NCBI GenBank assembly: GCA_040285855.1
Contig: JAUFOQ010000003.1
Location: 2,170,001-2,234,000, forward strand
Direction of reading: 5' to 3'
DNA: 64,000 bases
Source of the DNA: Eukaryota sp. GEM-RC1
Lineage: Eukaryota
The stretch's first letter is position 1. Each line of letters begins with the position of its first letter. Below are positions 35,350-50,417 of this stretch, one piece after another. Below the pieces are notes generated by a model that was given only the letters and a program-made list of their open reading frames with translations, ran no database searches and was not told the origin of the DNA. Both the position numbers and the translations under genes were made by a program.

Positions 35350-38300
35350 TCAACTAAAAACATCTTCAAAATCAGGGCCAGTATCTGCTGCCTTCATCCG
35401 ACCAAGACCTCCAAATCTGGAAGGTCCAATGAAGTGAGACACGCGATGATGAGGGTCAAAGAAGGGTAAAGGTCTTCCACAAACGACATTGAAATCTTGC
35501 AAAGAAGTTACTAAATTACGACGCCCAAGCATAAAATTGAGATTCCAAAAGCCGTTAGAATCAGCCGGAATCAAGAAAAATCCCTTAAAGTCAGCAGAAA
35601 CAACAACTTCACCAACAGAAACCATTGAAGGAGCAAATCTTGAACCTTCTGTCTGAGCATAATTTAAAATATACGAAGCATCACGTTCAATTAAAGGCTT
35701 GGCCCACTCTAAACCAGAAGAATCCAAATGATAACAGCTGATAGTTACACTTCCACCAGACAAACTAACCTGCATAATCGTTGCAAATTCCGGCCAATCT
35801 CCATGAGTATTGCTCAGTTTAGCGTGTAAAACAGCGTCTAAAGGAGAGAACGATGAAGCAGTACCAGAGTGAATCCACCCCAGGGGTACTAGTGTTTCAA
35901 GAGAGGAATGCTGAGGAGAACCCAAGGGGAGGGTGACTGTTTGGTTATCAGAGAATTGAAAGGGAATGACAATAGACTTGATTTCGAAGGAATTGTCTGC
36001 TGTGGGGGATCCGTACATAAAGCCACCAACTTGTGCACGGACGTCACAAATGGAAACAAAGATCTTTAATAGATTTTGAGGAACAATAAACTTTGGTAGG
36101 TTTGATTGTGGTTGAGATGAAATAATTAAATTTTCAAATCTAGTTACAAGATTTGTACATGCTAGTGCACGCTGCCGCCAGTCCGCTCTAGACTTGAACG
36201 TCTCTTGTTCATACTTGGAAGTAGTCGTCACGACAACTTCATCACCGTGTTTGGTTACCGTCTTTGTAGTGACAGCTGACAATTCAGAGGGCATTTTACG
36301 TTCTTCATCAATTTTTTTAATTTTTTCTTCAGCAGTAGTAGGTGGAGAAATCTCCATTCCCAAGATGATGTCTCTAATTTCACTTTGAGTAAGAGAATCA
36401 ACAGATACGTTATTCTTTTGGCCAAAATCAAAAACAACCAAATCTTTTAACTTTTGCTCAACAACAATCCACTGATCAGCTGAAAGTGTTGGCCAAAGAT
36501 GTTCAGGACGTGTCTCAGTGTTGAACTGATTCAGTAAAGTCCAAGCCCTACTTGAATCAATTGACAAACACCGAAGTATCAAAATCAATCTAGAAAAGGC
36601 AGTGTACGAAGGAATTAGGTCCAGCCAATCGTCATACAAGTTATACAAAACCAACTGAGGTTCCGTGGCTGACAAAACTCTGTTACCAAGTCGTGGATGT
36701 TTCAAAAGACCAGCAAAAGGCAGTAACAGTTCACAGCCTTTCAGAGAAACATTAGGGAAATCAATTAAATGAACTTCAAGAGGATCCATCATTCCTTTTC
36801 TAGTTACCACCAAGTTCTTTGGTCGTTCTACTTCAGGAAGTGACTGGATGAGTGCACCAACTTCCTCAGCTGTTTTCCACTTAGCCACTCCTCCTAAACG
36901 TTTCTGCCCAGCCCATAGTGACGTGTGCATGACTTTGAGGTAGAGTTGTCCAATACGGGGATTGAAGAAGAAGGCAGCTCCATTAACAGGTTTGGAGACG
37001 ACGTTTCCTTCAACGGATTTCCTGATTGTGACGCGATAGACAGCGGAATCATCGACAAACCACGTGGTGTCTTTCGAGAAGAGCTCACCGTAATTAGAGG
37101 AATTTAAATATGATTGTGATGGTTCCGCATAGTACAACTGAAGAGCATTCCTAATTCTTTCCCTAAGTACAAACAAGGCTGGATCTGCCTTCATTACTCG
37201 GTCCATTCCTTGTTGAATAAGAGGTTTTAAACCAGGAATCCAATTCCCATAGGCAGAGTAGTAGTTGTAAGCAAGATCCACAGCAATGACAATACCAGTA
37301 GCTGATGGGTAGATCGAGGTAGAATCGGTGGTGTATTCTAAGAACTTGGTTCTAGCGTAACGATCAATGTCATGAGTGTCATAGTTACCCCATCGAAGTT
37401 GAACATCAATCCAATACTTTGAAGTGTGAGCTAAATCAAAGGAATCGGTAGCTCCCAAAAGAGAAGGTTTGGAAACTGGCCACTTGAAAGTAGGGATCAA
37501 GGTGACGTCAGCAGTTGATGAGTTCATTTTGTAGGACTTTCGAGGATGAATAGTTTCTTTTGCACTGCTTCAACGTCAAGTCTTTCCATTTCTCGATCTA
37601 AAATATTACAAATATCAAACACAATTGACTCATGAATTTTCTGCCACAAATGTGCTCTAAAAATTTGAACCAAAGATATTTTCAGCGTTGGAATTTTACC
37701 ATGCATAAAGATTCCAGTCAAATCTAATTGAACCTGAAACCCAATGTAAACGTCAGCACGATTGATTGTTGGTGACCACCATAGAGTAAACCTTCTATTA
37801 GGAATTTGATTAAGTCCAGCCCTTTGAGCATTAGTTAATCTCTTAAATTTCATGGCTTCCTCAAATCCAGAAGTTCTTTCCCAAAAGAGATTCTCATAGG
37901 AAGTAAAACCAGTAGCCTTAAATAAAGAATGCTCCAAGATAGTTTCAATTCCTCCTAGAGCTTGAATAACATCAGCTCTATAATTGGTTAAGTTCCACAA
38001 CCTACCATCATGCCTAGCGTTGGTCCATCCAAATGCATTAATCCTCATCAACTGATACTGCCTAAACATTGCTCGTACTCTCCAGCCCTTATCATAGGCC
38101 AATGTATGACGATCCTTTTGAAAGAGGGTGCTAATTCTAGGTACACCCCTATCCCAACTCTCTTCCATGTCTTCTAAAGTCAAAGGACGGCCTTCTTCAG
38201 CAGCTTCTTGTCTTTTCATGGCATAGCTTGTCCAAACTCTATGAGAGTCAACGATCTCAGCTTCCCAAGGAGTTATATAGCGATAGAGATTGGGAATAGC

Positions 38301-41300
38301 TTGGCCTTCTGGGTGTTGAAGACCTGCACGATAATGAGTGACTCCAGTTTTAGTTTGTTGAGACCACCTAAGATCTGCTTGAGGTATAAGTATATGGCCC
38401 ATAGAGAGCATACCGAGACCACCAAGTTCTTTAGGAGCGTAAAAGACAACAGGAGGGAATCTTGCTGGCATTTTTGAATTTAGTCCAATTTTAACACGTG
38501 TGTGAATCTTGTTTTCACATTTCACTAGTAAGTCCAGCAGTTCAGGAGTATGAACAATTGCCTCTCTATAGTAAGACACCATTCCCAAAAGAGTGGTGTT
38601 CCACTTGTTAACTACTTTAGAAAAGGTTGTACTTGATGACGTGATCAAGATCTGACGAACACGATTACTGAACCTTTCCATTCCATCAGCCGACACTCTA
38701 ACAAATCCCAGAGCAGTCTTTGCACCAGTGTTTACATCAGTTAGGGCCCAAGTGCTTTCACTACGGTTTGCCACGGCATCCTTGCCAATTCTAGCTACTG
38801 GTACTATGCGAATATCAAAGTTAGCAATCTCAAACAAAAGAGCTGGGTTATGGGTGGAAAAAACTGAAATAAATGAGTTATTCCAAGATAAAGCAACCAT
38901 AGAACTGGGAACTCGTTGTTTTAATTGCCAAAATAAAGCTTTTCCTAATGTCGTGTCATGTCTCATAAGTCTCATTCTTTCTGGTAAGGGCCACGTGGTC
39001 CTGATTGGATAGGTATCAGCAGTTTCCGAATCGTGAGAAGTTTGGTATCGTGTAACTAAATCACGTGATTTCGAAGCTGAAAAATTAAAAACCATGTAAA
39101 TTTTGTCCACGTGTCGACAGTACAGTTTCAAAGGATGACGTGCTGCTACTTCAGGATCATTCCACGATCCAAAATCATTAGGATTATCAATAGGACCAGC
39201 TAGATCAGCTGCTCTCATGGGTCCAATTAAAGCTAAATCAATAACCAAGGAATAGAACTGGAAAACAAAGGAAGCAAACTGGACTCCCTTAACAAGTCCT
39301 ACTGAATTAGTACAAGACATGTCTTTAAAAGATAAGACAACATTCATTTTGGCTGTAATGTAGTCTGCAATTGATGGATTCATGATTACTTTGAGGAGAG
39401 TGTTTAAAAGAGTTAAGTCAATGTTCTCGGCTATACGGCTCAAGTGCAGCTCAACGTGACAGGTCTGTTGACCGTCATCAGTTTCCCAAATATCTTCGAT
39501 TGAGTTGATAGATGTTGCCCATTTATGAGCGAGTATTGGACCGGGTTCAAAATCAGATGGTTTCACCCAATTAGAAAAGAGTCCACGTTTTTCAGCTTCA
39601 TACCACAGATATTGATCTAAATAGGCATCAGTGATCTTTTCTAAAGGTTCAATCTCATAAACTGGATAAACCTCTGTATAAAGATCAAAGAATTCCAATT
39701 GTATTTCTCTAAAAGTCCGTTGAGTTAGTAAATGTCGTTTAATTCTAGCAAGTGCAGTCTGAGGATCTTCATATGCTTGTTCAATCAAGCCGAGCTCTTC
39801 TCTCTGAGACCTATTCAATCTAGTCTTGACGACGTAGGCTTCTTTAAGACCTTCTAATCCCAACATTAGCAACTTGTTATCATGTTTGTAATTCAATGGG
39901 GGGGAAAGGAATGGCGGCAAACTGTCTACTCTCAAGCCACTTTACTAGAGAAGTGTAAATAGAAATTCCCTGATCAATTGAAAGATACGGTCCCTCCTTT
40001 AGATACAAATTCTGTCTTGTCTGCTCATCTTTCAACCAAAGTCTAGACAATCTTCCTAAATTCTTCTTGGCTGCAACTCTATCAATAGCAGCTCCTTTCT
40101 TAATGCGTTCTCTTATCAAATGAGCACTCTGAGTCCACCAATCAGCCTTCATCTTGACATAGCGGAGGATTAACTCTTCTACTGGAGGAGGCATTCCAGG
40201 AACTTTCCAAGGTAAGTTAGCTTTCCAACAACGCCAGGCTTCACCCAAGTGAGCAATAATTCTCTTGGCAACTCCTTGGTAGGCTGTACCTGAAGGCATA
40301 ATATCCAGAACGTCTTGCATCACTTGAGCACGTAACTCAAGGTCATAATTACTTTCAATTCTCTGTTTTGTGACTGTTTTTGAGCTACTCATCTGAGCTC
40401 TACCTTCAAACTGACGAGCAAGCATATTCCCTAACCATCCCTCAATCAAAGGTAACAAACCACGCATAAAGAACATCCACACCCTCCAGGAAGGAAGCCA
40501 GAATCCACATCCAGGTCCAGGAGATAGAGGAGGGGTATCAAATCTATGGGTGTAGATAGCAGAGAGATCGTTACACATCCTAATCTGATGCATTAACTTG
40601 TACTTATAACGGTACATTCCAGTCAAATGTCCCATGTGAGTGAAAAGATATTGAAGACCATCAGCTAGTTGAAAGGAGTCAATGTTACCAATACGGAATT
40701 GGACATGAATATCAACGACTAATTTAATAAATTTTAAAATTTCTCGGACTAAGTGAAAAGCATTTCCAAAACGTGACTTCTTACGTTCTTTTGTAGTTAG
40801 AGTCTTCACGGGTTTTAGAGTAAAATTATAATCTAAATGTAGAAACGTTAGGTTTTTTCTGTGAATCAGTAACGTCAGCATGTTGTGACCTTGACGACAC
40901 AACTGTAGACCTGCTTCAACCCAGTCTACAGTCGTGGTTTCCAAAAATTTAGTTTTCAAAAAAGCACCGACAACGTCTCTTTTAGCAGCTTTTCGAGGCT
41001 CTGCACCACTTTCCTTTCTCTCAGCTTCTTTCTTTTCCCAAGACTTCTCTTGACTTCATCCTTGAGCAGTTTTTGATAGGCAACTCGTAATCGAGGCTCA
41101 GACATTGGAGGAGCTCGATGATGATACCACGACTTCATCACGTCAACATCTAATCCTCTTCTGGTAGGTCCATTACGTTGATTGAAAGGGAAAGGCGCGT
41201 GTAGAAGAGACAGGGAAGCAGATGAGAACTCAGGATTGAGTGGAACATTGGCAAAGAGGGGTCTAAGTTCAACACGTGTGGTGTGGTGATGATCCCCATC

Positions 41301-42254
41301 ATTTTTGATTGAACTAGGAGGAATAGGAAACAAATCACTCCTCCAAGTAAAAGCAGGTGAATCCCGATCAAGATCCTCAATGTCAAGAGGTTTACTTAGA
41401 CAAGTAGGATAATGATAAATTGGAAAAGCAATAGAAGAAGTTCCTGAATGGTAAACATAAGGAAAAGCTATTCTATACTCTGTCCTAATACCACTACGTA
41501 GAACGATCTTATGAACATCGTTAAACTCATCAACTGAAGAAGAAGTTATTTGAGGATGAGAATGATCTGGTTCGAACTTGGGACCCCCAGGGATAGCCAC
41601 ATTAAGAGACTTTGGAAACGTAGAAAGAGTGGTGATCGAAGAGGTAGTTAGTGTTGAGATCGTGAGATTGTAGGAGGATGGGAGAAGAGAGACGGTAGAG
41701 GGAGGAGAGGATTGAGATTGGCAGCCTCCACTGTTTATAGGAAGGACCATTGACTATCCTTTGGTCTTCAATCAGAGGCATATGTTCAAAGAGCCATGCA
41801 TAGACCAATTCGTCCTCTTCTTCGTCAAGGGGAAGTTCAATTGGAGAAGGATCAGGGAGATGTAAGATGTTTTCACCATAGTCTAGAGGTGGTTCTTCGT
41901 CATCAAAGGGGGGAAACTTGACTCTACGGAAGTTTTTACGTTCCCGTTTCTCTCTACGCATTGCCAGCCAAGAACATGACCACTGAGCATAGAAGATTGG
42001 TTCAATTACTCTAGGAATTTCATCAACAACTGTGAGTGCTCCAGTAGTATGATAAGCAACTTTAACTAAGCGACGAGCTTCCCAAGGCATAGGCATAGAT
42101 TCAAGGAGTTTGTAAGCAGCAAAGGGATATATTTGAGAGCACCAAGATAAGCTCGGCGGTCAGAAACGAATTTACGATCACTCATATCTCCATGATCTTG
42201 AAAGATTTTTCGGAGATGCTCAGGAGGCATCGGCAATTTAGTTTGATGAGACAT
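35350..42254 (-). CDS. PRP8: Pre-mRNA splicing factor Prp8 (U5 snRNP), split by ~5 single-base indels
   Basis: Collinear conserved blocks: [73 protein letters not shown]-like [11 protein letters not shown]-terminal Jab1/MPN 'LGWIHS'. Breaks at ~42121, ~41612, ~41040, ~39900 and ~37558. Confidence 0.97.
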
Positions 42255-42312
42255 AATAAAAGTCTGAATTAAAGAGGCTTTTGTAGTTGTTGGAGGAACA
42301 AGAAAAAGTTGA

Positions 42313-43682
<1,370 letters not shown>

Positions 43683-43989
43683 GCTTAATTTAGTTGAGGT
43701 TTATAAAAACATGACATTAGGGATTTATAATATGGAAATATCTAATAAAGAACTTCACTGCCATTGCCATTATTTCTTGAATTAGTCTCACCAAGACTAA
43801 TTCTTGGTGATTTAATTTAGACTTTGTCAACTTCATTTTATTGACACAGTTTTTAAGATCAGCACGTAAAAGAAAACTATTCTAAATAATTTTGTATCAC
43901 AATGATTTTATTGACAACAACACTTCAGTGTCCATAAATCTAATAATGAATATCCTCAAAGTCCAGATTGTCTATCTGGAAATTCTCAC

Positions 43990-44200
43990 CAACCTTATCC
44001 TCATTTTGTCTACCATGAAAACACAATTCCATTTTTCCAAAATCTAATATCATAAGTCTTAGATATTTTCTTTTGTACAATCATCACAATGATTTCAAGT
44101 AATGATGTTCCAGATTCACCTAAAGAACCGCACAGTGAAAATACAAAAGGGTAGAACATGTTATTCGAGTGTGAAACCGAATTTAATAATTTCAACTTAA
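43990..44200 (-). mobile_element. RLE non-LTR 3' fragment
   Basis: 'FYPFVFSLCGSLGES...FWKNGIVF' matches the other RLE C-termini. A related + strand copy lies at ~45790-45970. Confidence 0.5.
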
Positions 44201-44666
44201 TGGTTCATAAATATCAGCAATTTCCACAGCAACTTATTCCAAATTGATAGTCTCATCTGCTTCAAGTTAGTGTTCAATAACTTCCACATTCCCTCCTCAT
44301 TATATAACAAAAGATACTACATCATGTTCTGAGCACCTTCTAGATCTGTCAACGCTGTATTCGAATCGTCAGAGTTTCAGTGATATTTTCCATGAATTCC
44401 TTGTAGTTGACGCTATAACTGACAAATTTGTCCTCGGCCCTCTTCATGAAGATTTAATCCACAACACATCCAGGATTTTGATTTTCCATCAAAAATCATC
44501 TTGTCCCGACTTAACATTGTCAACTTCGCGGACTACTTTCCATTGTGTAGTAGTCCATTAATCTCTTTAATCTTTCTTTAAAATTTCAAATAGATGAATA
44601 TGCTGTAACAATAGTTTTGATCTGCTAGAGCCAGCCAATGACGATTGGTCTGACCAATACTAATTT

Positions 44667-44890
44667 AAAAAAAGGGGTTTATGATCAATCAGTGAAATAA
44701 ATGCATTTGAAGAAATTAATAACAAACAGACACTTACTGAAGTATCTAAACTATGATCCTTCTGTTCATCACCGAACAACTTACCTAAAAGTGAATTAAA
44801 CTATCTGTGCATTGAACGAATCAACGCAAATGTTAACCTACTCAACCAAAAAATTTGATTGAAAACTTTACAGTGCTCAGAACACAATAG
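44667..44890 (-). mobile_element. RLE non-LTR 3'-end copy with oligo(T) terminus
   Basis: High identity to 21668-21910 and 58492-58801. Ends ...CATAAACCCC-T7. Confidence 0.75.
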
Positions 44891-45045
44891 ACTAATATAT
44901 GAATGAGACTATTTTGCTAATGAGCCTAATTGTTAATGACAGCGTACATTTGGTTGGTGTCGTACAGTATTGAAAACTAATTGCAATTAAGTGTAGAAGA
45001 TTTGTCGAAACACTCAATTTTCAACATCACCAAATCTTTTGTTCT

Positions 45046-45657
45046 ATGGAGCCTATCTATCCTGCAGCTCCGTCTGAGATCTACGATATCCCTCATCATG
45101 ACATTCCTTCATCATTTATCGCTCGAAAGGTGTCAACAAAGTATTCTTTAGGTGGAACGGCTCAGCGAAGTTCTAATAGCTACATTACATCCTCCGACTC
45201 TCCTGGCAAATACTACTATTCGGAAACCGTCCGCAAGATCAGTCCTAAAAACACATCCCTTGGAACATCTCCTAGATTCCCAGAAATCAAGGTTGACTCT
45301 CCTGGTAGATATTACTCACCAGAACTGCCTAAGTCTCCCCGCTCCTTGGCTAAATGTGGCACTCTCGGATCCAGTCCTCGTTTTACCTCCCCCAAATCTG
45401 ATTCGCCAGGAGTTTTCTACTCGTTTGTATCCCCTTGATATTAATCCTAGATCTGATATCATAACAAGACCAGCCCTGAAAAGAAGAAACCTTCTACTGG
45501 GGTAACCCCAATTGGCCTCGGTGGTTCCAGTCCGCGCTTTTCGAATCTATATCCCAAGGTTCACAACTCAAAACGACCTGTGTCTGCTAGATCTCCTCGC
45601 AGTTCTAATACTAGTCCCATTGGTCAAAAACCGCTTGAAACGCCCTTCAATCAATAA
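45046..45657 (+). CDS. Ser/Pro-rich repeat protein, possibly SHIPPO/ODF3-like; probably frameshifted near 45430-45490
   Basis: Three repeats of 'LG(T/S)SPRF...DSPG(K/R/V)(Y/F)Y', resembling PGPGxY repeats of ciliary/microtubule proteins. A further 'GLGGSSPRF' follows the break. Confidence 0.45.
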
Positions 45658-45997
45658 TGACGTATCATTAGTAATTTATCTGTAATAAATAGTTGTTCAT
45701 CTTTTCATATAATAGTGGATGTGTAGTTGACACGGTCTTAATTGACTATATTAATGAATTGAGTACCACACTCGAATTATGTACTTGTCTACGCCTTTTG
45801 TATTTTTGAAATCTTTGTGAAGATGATTGTAGAAGAAAAAGCAGCTACTAGTAGGACTTTTGATCTTAGATTTTGAAAAAGTGGAATTGTGTTTGCTATC
45901 TTTAAAAGCATGGTGATTATGTTTTGGTAGAAGTTTTGAGGATAATTTCGGTGAGAATTCCCAAATAGTCTATTTCAACTTAGATATATATGATGTA

Positions 45998-46055
45998 CAG
46001 TCTACCCTCGATATAGTGCCACCCTATTGGCAGACCTTATATCGAGGGTAGACTG
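45998..46055. mobile_element. 58-bp Tc1/mariner/pogo-type MITE
   Basis: Perfect 18-bp TIRs CAGTCTACCCTCGATATA, flanked by TA on both sides. Confidence 0.85.
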
Positions 46056-46163
46056 TATGTACAATCTTTGTACTACAGTGTGTTGTTGTTGATAGAACCG
46101 TTGAACTGAAAAAAAAGATCGGCAACAATAATAATACAACTACAAATTTATTACAAATTTACA

Positions 46164-49100
46164 CTAATTTAGAGCACCAGATAATTTGTCATGAATCGCT
46201 CTAAGCTGGGTAAAAGCCTTACCCAAAAGACTTTGAAGATTGGGAGTCTCAACAATAAAATTGATCAATCTACCAATCGCCTCGGCATCTCCAACTCCAC
46301 GTCCCTTCTTCATTTGATTTAAAATTGACTTGACATTGGCAGTAGCACTAGGGTCAATGATCTTGTTCTTTTCTTCAATAATATCTAAACATCGGTTTAC
46401 AAGACCAATAGAGACAGTGGCAGGGGCAGCTGCTGCAAGTTGCCTTCGCTTGGCCATTCTAGGATCTCCTTTAGAACCACTCTTGCCACCTTCCTTAACA
46501 GGTTTACAATGGGGAAGGTAGAAGATGGGATTGTACTGGGAAAAGTAAGATAACGGTTTCGTGTGTTGGGACAATCTGTTGAGACCCTTGGCTTGAAGAA
46601 CAGCCACTGGTTCGAGCATTGGATCCTCAAAGGAAGAGAGTAAAGTAAGTGGGGAGCAGTACATGAACTCATCCTTGCTACCAATAGCGTCAATCAAAGA
46701 AGCCAAGTGAAGGGGCTGGGCTGCAGGTAAAGCTGGGACAATAAACCCAGTCAGAAGACAACCCTCTACTTGAGCAGTAAGAAGGTCCACAACCTCTTGA
46801 TCAATGACGATCTTGTTGCAGAAAGTCAAACATTCTAGAGTTGTACGGATGTTCAAGAGGCCCTTTAGCACAAGAAGTTGTTGTTGTGGATTGCAATTAC
46901 CAACATCAACATACAACTTCTTACATCTAACCAAATTCAAAAGGACATATTCATTTGACCATTCTGAAGGAACTTGGTGGGATGTAGATTGGTCAAAGCA
47001 AGAGATTCCAAGGATAACCTTGAAAGCGAACCACAGAAAGCACTCATGTCGGCAAGGTTCACTGGACTTGAAGGGAAATGAAGACGAATTGAGAGAGGAA
47101 TACCAGCCAACTTAACCGGTAAATTACTTTCCAAAAACAAAAGAAATGAGCTACTAAAACCTTGTCCTCCAAACTCCAAAGTGATTGATCCCTTCTTTCG
47201 TGATTGATAGTTATTAACACAATGAGAGATCAATCCAAGTGCGTCAGTTTCAGAGATTCCAGTGTCAGCAATCCCTAGAGAGCTAATGGTACTTCTAGCC
47301 AAACTCTGGGCAAAGGGAGTGATACGCTTTCTCTTGACTTGGATTCCGTTTAAGGCAAGGGATTTCAAGTTTCTAAGTGCAGGCATGGCTGCTGTTAATA
47401 CAGCGAAATCAAAGTTACTATATGACAGATCAATGGCTTCTAGGGCAGCAAGGAGGTTGAAAACACCAACTAAGTCTTGGGACTGGCGTTGAGTGAAACT
47501 GTTATGAGATAAATCAATAAACCGCAGAGTAGGTTTAAGATTTGGACTTCCCAGGGATAGGAGCAGCTCGTGAGAAACAGATCCAACGTTACAATTAGAT
47601 AAAGATAAGAAATTTAAATTCTTAGAAGCAGACAGATCAACAACTAAATGGGCGAGACCTTGATGAGGCAGTTTAATATTATTCAACTCAAAGTGCTGAA
47701 TCCTTTCAAAATGACGTGGGGATGGTACGGAAGGTGGGATCCAAGATAGACTGGTCTCAGAGTCATCAAAAACAAAGTTACGAAGCTTGATCATTCTTGG
47801 GGGGTGGGGACAATTGAAAACAGAGGAAAGGGCCCTTAGGAGCATGTGTTTGTACTGCTTATTGAGGCTGGGCTTCTTCATTTGAGTGGCAACTAGCTCA
47901 TTTGGCAAGTAGCAATCAAAATGACAATCAAGGTCAAGATCAAGTGCATCGATTGACATGAAAGTCGAAGCTGCCAAAAATAAACTAGATAACATTGAGT
48001 CTACTAATGGCACGTAGGAGTTAGAAAAGGGAAGAGGATGAAGATGACGTGATGACAGACCAGATTGATGAAGACATGCCTCAGCTACTTCGTTTAGTAG
48101 ATGCTGATCGTCATAAGCTTTCCACTTTCTAATATCATCATCTGATAAAAGAGAATAAAGAGCAGTTTTTAATGCAAAAGGTGCTGAGTCAGCATGATTT
48201 GTCTTATAGGAATTAACAGGCCCTCTAATAACAGCTTTTCTATTAATCTGAGGTACAATATTAAAATAATTGGTCAACAACTGACCACAGAACACCTCAT
48301 GATCTTCTGGACTCATCACAACTCTCAGCCAATACCCATCAGTCTTACCCAGTAACAATCCAAAACCAAGAGGCCCCTCACTAGCCTCCTTGTAGAGAGT
48401 ATTGGAGACTGGCATCTCAAGGGTATCAGTAGCAATGAGAGTAAACGTGGACAAGTGGTGAACTTGTCGAAGGGTGTGGTGTTTTGCATTGATTTTGACT
48501 ACGTATAATCGATGAGGTGATAGTAGTAGAAGTCGTTCGCCTTCAGAGTGTTTCCGTACTTTCTGACAAAACACGTGTTGTAAACAATCTCGAGGCTCAG
48601 GGATATCAGCGTCAATAAAAGAGAAGTCAGCTTCACTTAAAGGTTGCGATGACACAGCAATAGATGCAGATCTATTTTTAGAAACTGGGGTGTCGTGAAT
48701 TGATCCAGTTCTAGGTTTACCGGCAGAAGACATTGATCGTAGAAGAGGCTTTTGTTCTTGGTAAACTTCACGAATATCAGCAAACCCTTTGTAGCTTTCA
48801 GGGATGATGCGTTTGTAGCAAAAGATCAGACGGGACACGAATGTTTGATGATCAGAAGCATCGAACAAGAGTCTATTCCAATATCCATCATGAGTTACTA
48901 AAAAAAGTCCCAGTCCGAGAGGTCCTTGGCTAGCTTCTTCATGTACTTCTGGGGAGAGAGGATCAGAGGGTGTATCTGCGCAGATCTTACTGATGGAGGA
49001 GAACTTGATAGCTTGGCGGAGGACTCGATTGTCTTTGTTTGCTTTTACTACATAGAGAGATGAGGTTGTTAGAAGGAGAAGACGAGGGCCTACTGCTTTG

Positions 49101-49675
49101 TGTTTGGTCTTTTCAGCAAAGGTAGAGGCTACAATGAAATCCAGAGGTTCAGGTAATGAAGAGTTGACAAAGTGTTGATCTCCTTCAGAGAGAGAAAGAC
49201 CGTAGTTAAGGGGTAGGTCTTTGGGGCTGTTTTTGATGGAGAGAATATCCTCATCAAGTGAAACTGAGCCTGTGATGACAGCACGGTTACCACCAGGAGG
49301 GATGAGTTTGAGGTAAGCGGTGACAAGGGAGTGGAAGAAGGTGGTTTGTTGGGATTCAGTGGACAACACTACTCGATTCCAATAGCCATCTTTACAAACA
49401 ACAGTGATACCGAATCCTGAGAGACCTTTGGACGCTTCTTTATGTACGGTTTCAGGGAGTCGTTCTTGTGGCGAATCAGAAGCGATTGTTATCAAGCTGG
49501 ACAATGGAAGAGACTGACGCAGGTCCTGCTTAGTTCCAGACACCTTAATGACATAGAGAGTGGTTGGGGTTACAGCAAGAATGCGTTCACCAACAACCCT
49601 CTTTTTGACTTTTTGGCATGAGCAGTGGGATAGAACCAACTCAACGGGTTCCGGAAGTTGACAGGAGATGGACAT
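46164..49675 (-). CDS. CARMIL-like protein: three tandem PH-like repeats followed by leucine-rich repeats; indel at ~46950
   Basis: Three internal repeats 'G.R(I/L)L.(V/L)(T/S)...LYV(I/V)K...LRQ...EAS.G..G.G...DGYW.R'. LRRs such as 'LNFLSLSNCNV' and 'LRFIDLSHNSF'. Confidence 0.6.
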
Positions 49676-49813
49676 TTTTCGAAGTCAAAAAATGATTCAG
49701 TGCATTTTTTTAGCTGTTATTTACGTCATCACAAGTTAAGTGTTACCAGTGCATGTACATCTTTAAATCATTCATAATAAAAGCTGTCAACATCATTGAG
49801 AAGTACGTAGCCA

Positions 49814-50130
49814 CTATCTGTAGACAAACAGTATGTTGTGGAGGGTACAAAAATACATATCATAATAAAAGTTATGAAACACTAGACACCGAAAATTCCT
49901 GGTCAACAGTACCACAGTTTTTATACAACTATGTGAAAATTGATTTAAAAAACTTAGGCATCGAGGGGAAAAAGAAAAAATCAAACGGTTATGCCAAATT
50001 GATAAGTTAAATCTCTTATTCTGAGACTTACACATAGATCCAAAATCAGTTAAAAACTTAGAAGTCATTTCACCAATACTACCAAAAATAGAAATAACAA
50101 ATGGAAAAATATATAAATTTTGAATATAAA
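49814..50130 (-). mobile_element. RLE non-LTR 3' fragment
   Basis: 'FPFVISIFGSIGEMTSKFLTDF...FNLSIWHNRLIF'. Confidence 0.55.
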
Positions 50131-50417
50131 TTTTGGTTGAGTTTATTAACATCTTTGGAATACAAATCAAGTTTACGTTTACATCTATCTGTATGTTTAT
50201 TTCACTCGAGAGAGTGTCAGTAAGAGTAGTATTGACCTACAATGATTCAGCCAATTCAATGAACCCTTGATTGGTGTCTTCATCAGAATCATTCTTGTTT
50301 TCCAACAAAAAGATCCATGTTTTAGAATGGAAAGGGAGAAGAAAAAGTTCACAAAGTTGAACTAAAAGTCTGTCGCTATTCAAATTTTCTTGAAAGAAGG
50401 CTTCCTCAACCTTCGAC

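Noticed and set aside
37860..37900. Prp8 intein at the known fungal insertion region
   Set aside because: [14 protein letters not shown] is contiguous, with no insertion.
35350..42254. Programmed ribosomal frameshifting (Euplotes-like) or a split Prp8
   Set aside because: The breaks go in both directions, lie in homopolymers and lack a common slippery-plus-stop motif. Assembly error is more parsimonious.
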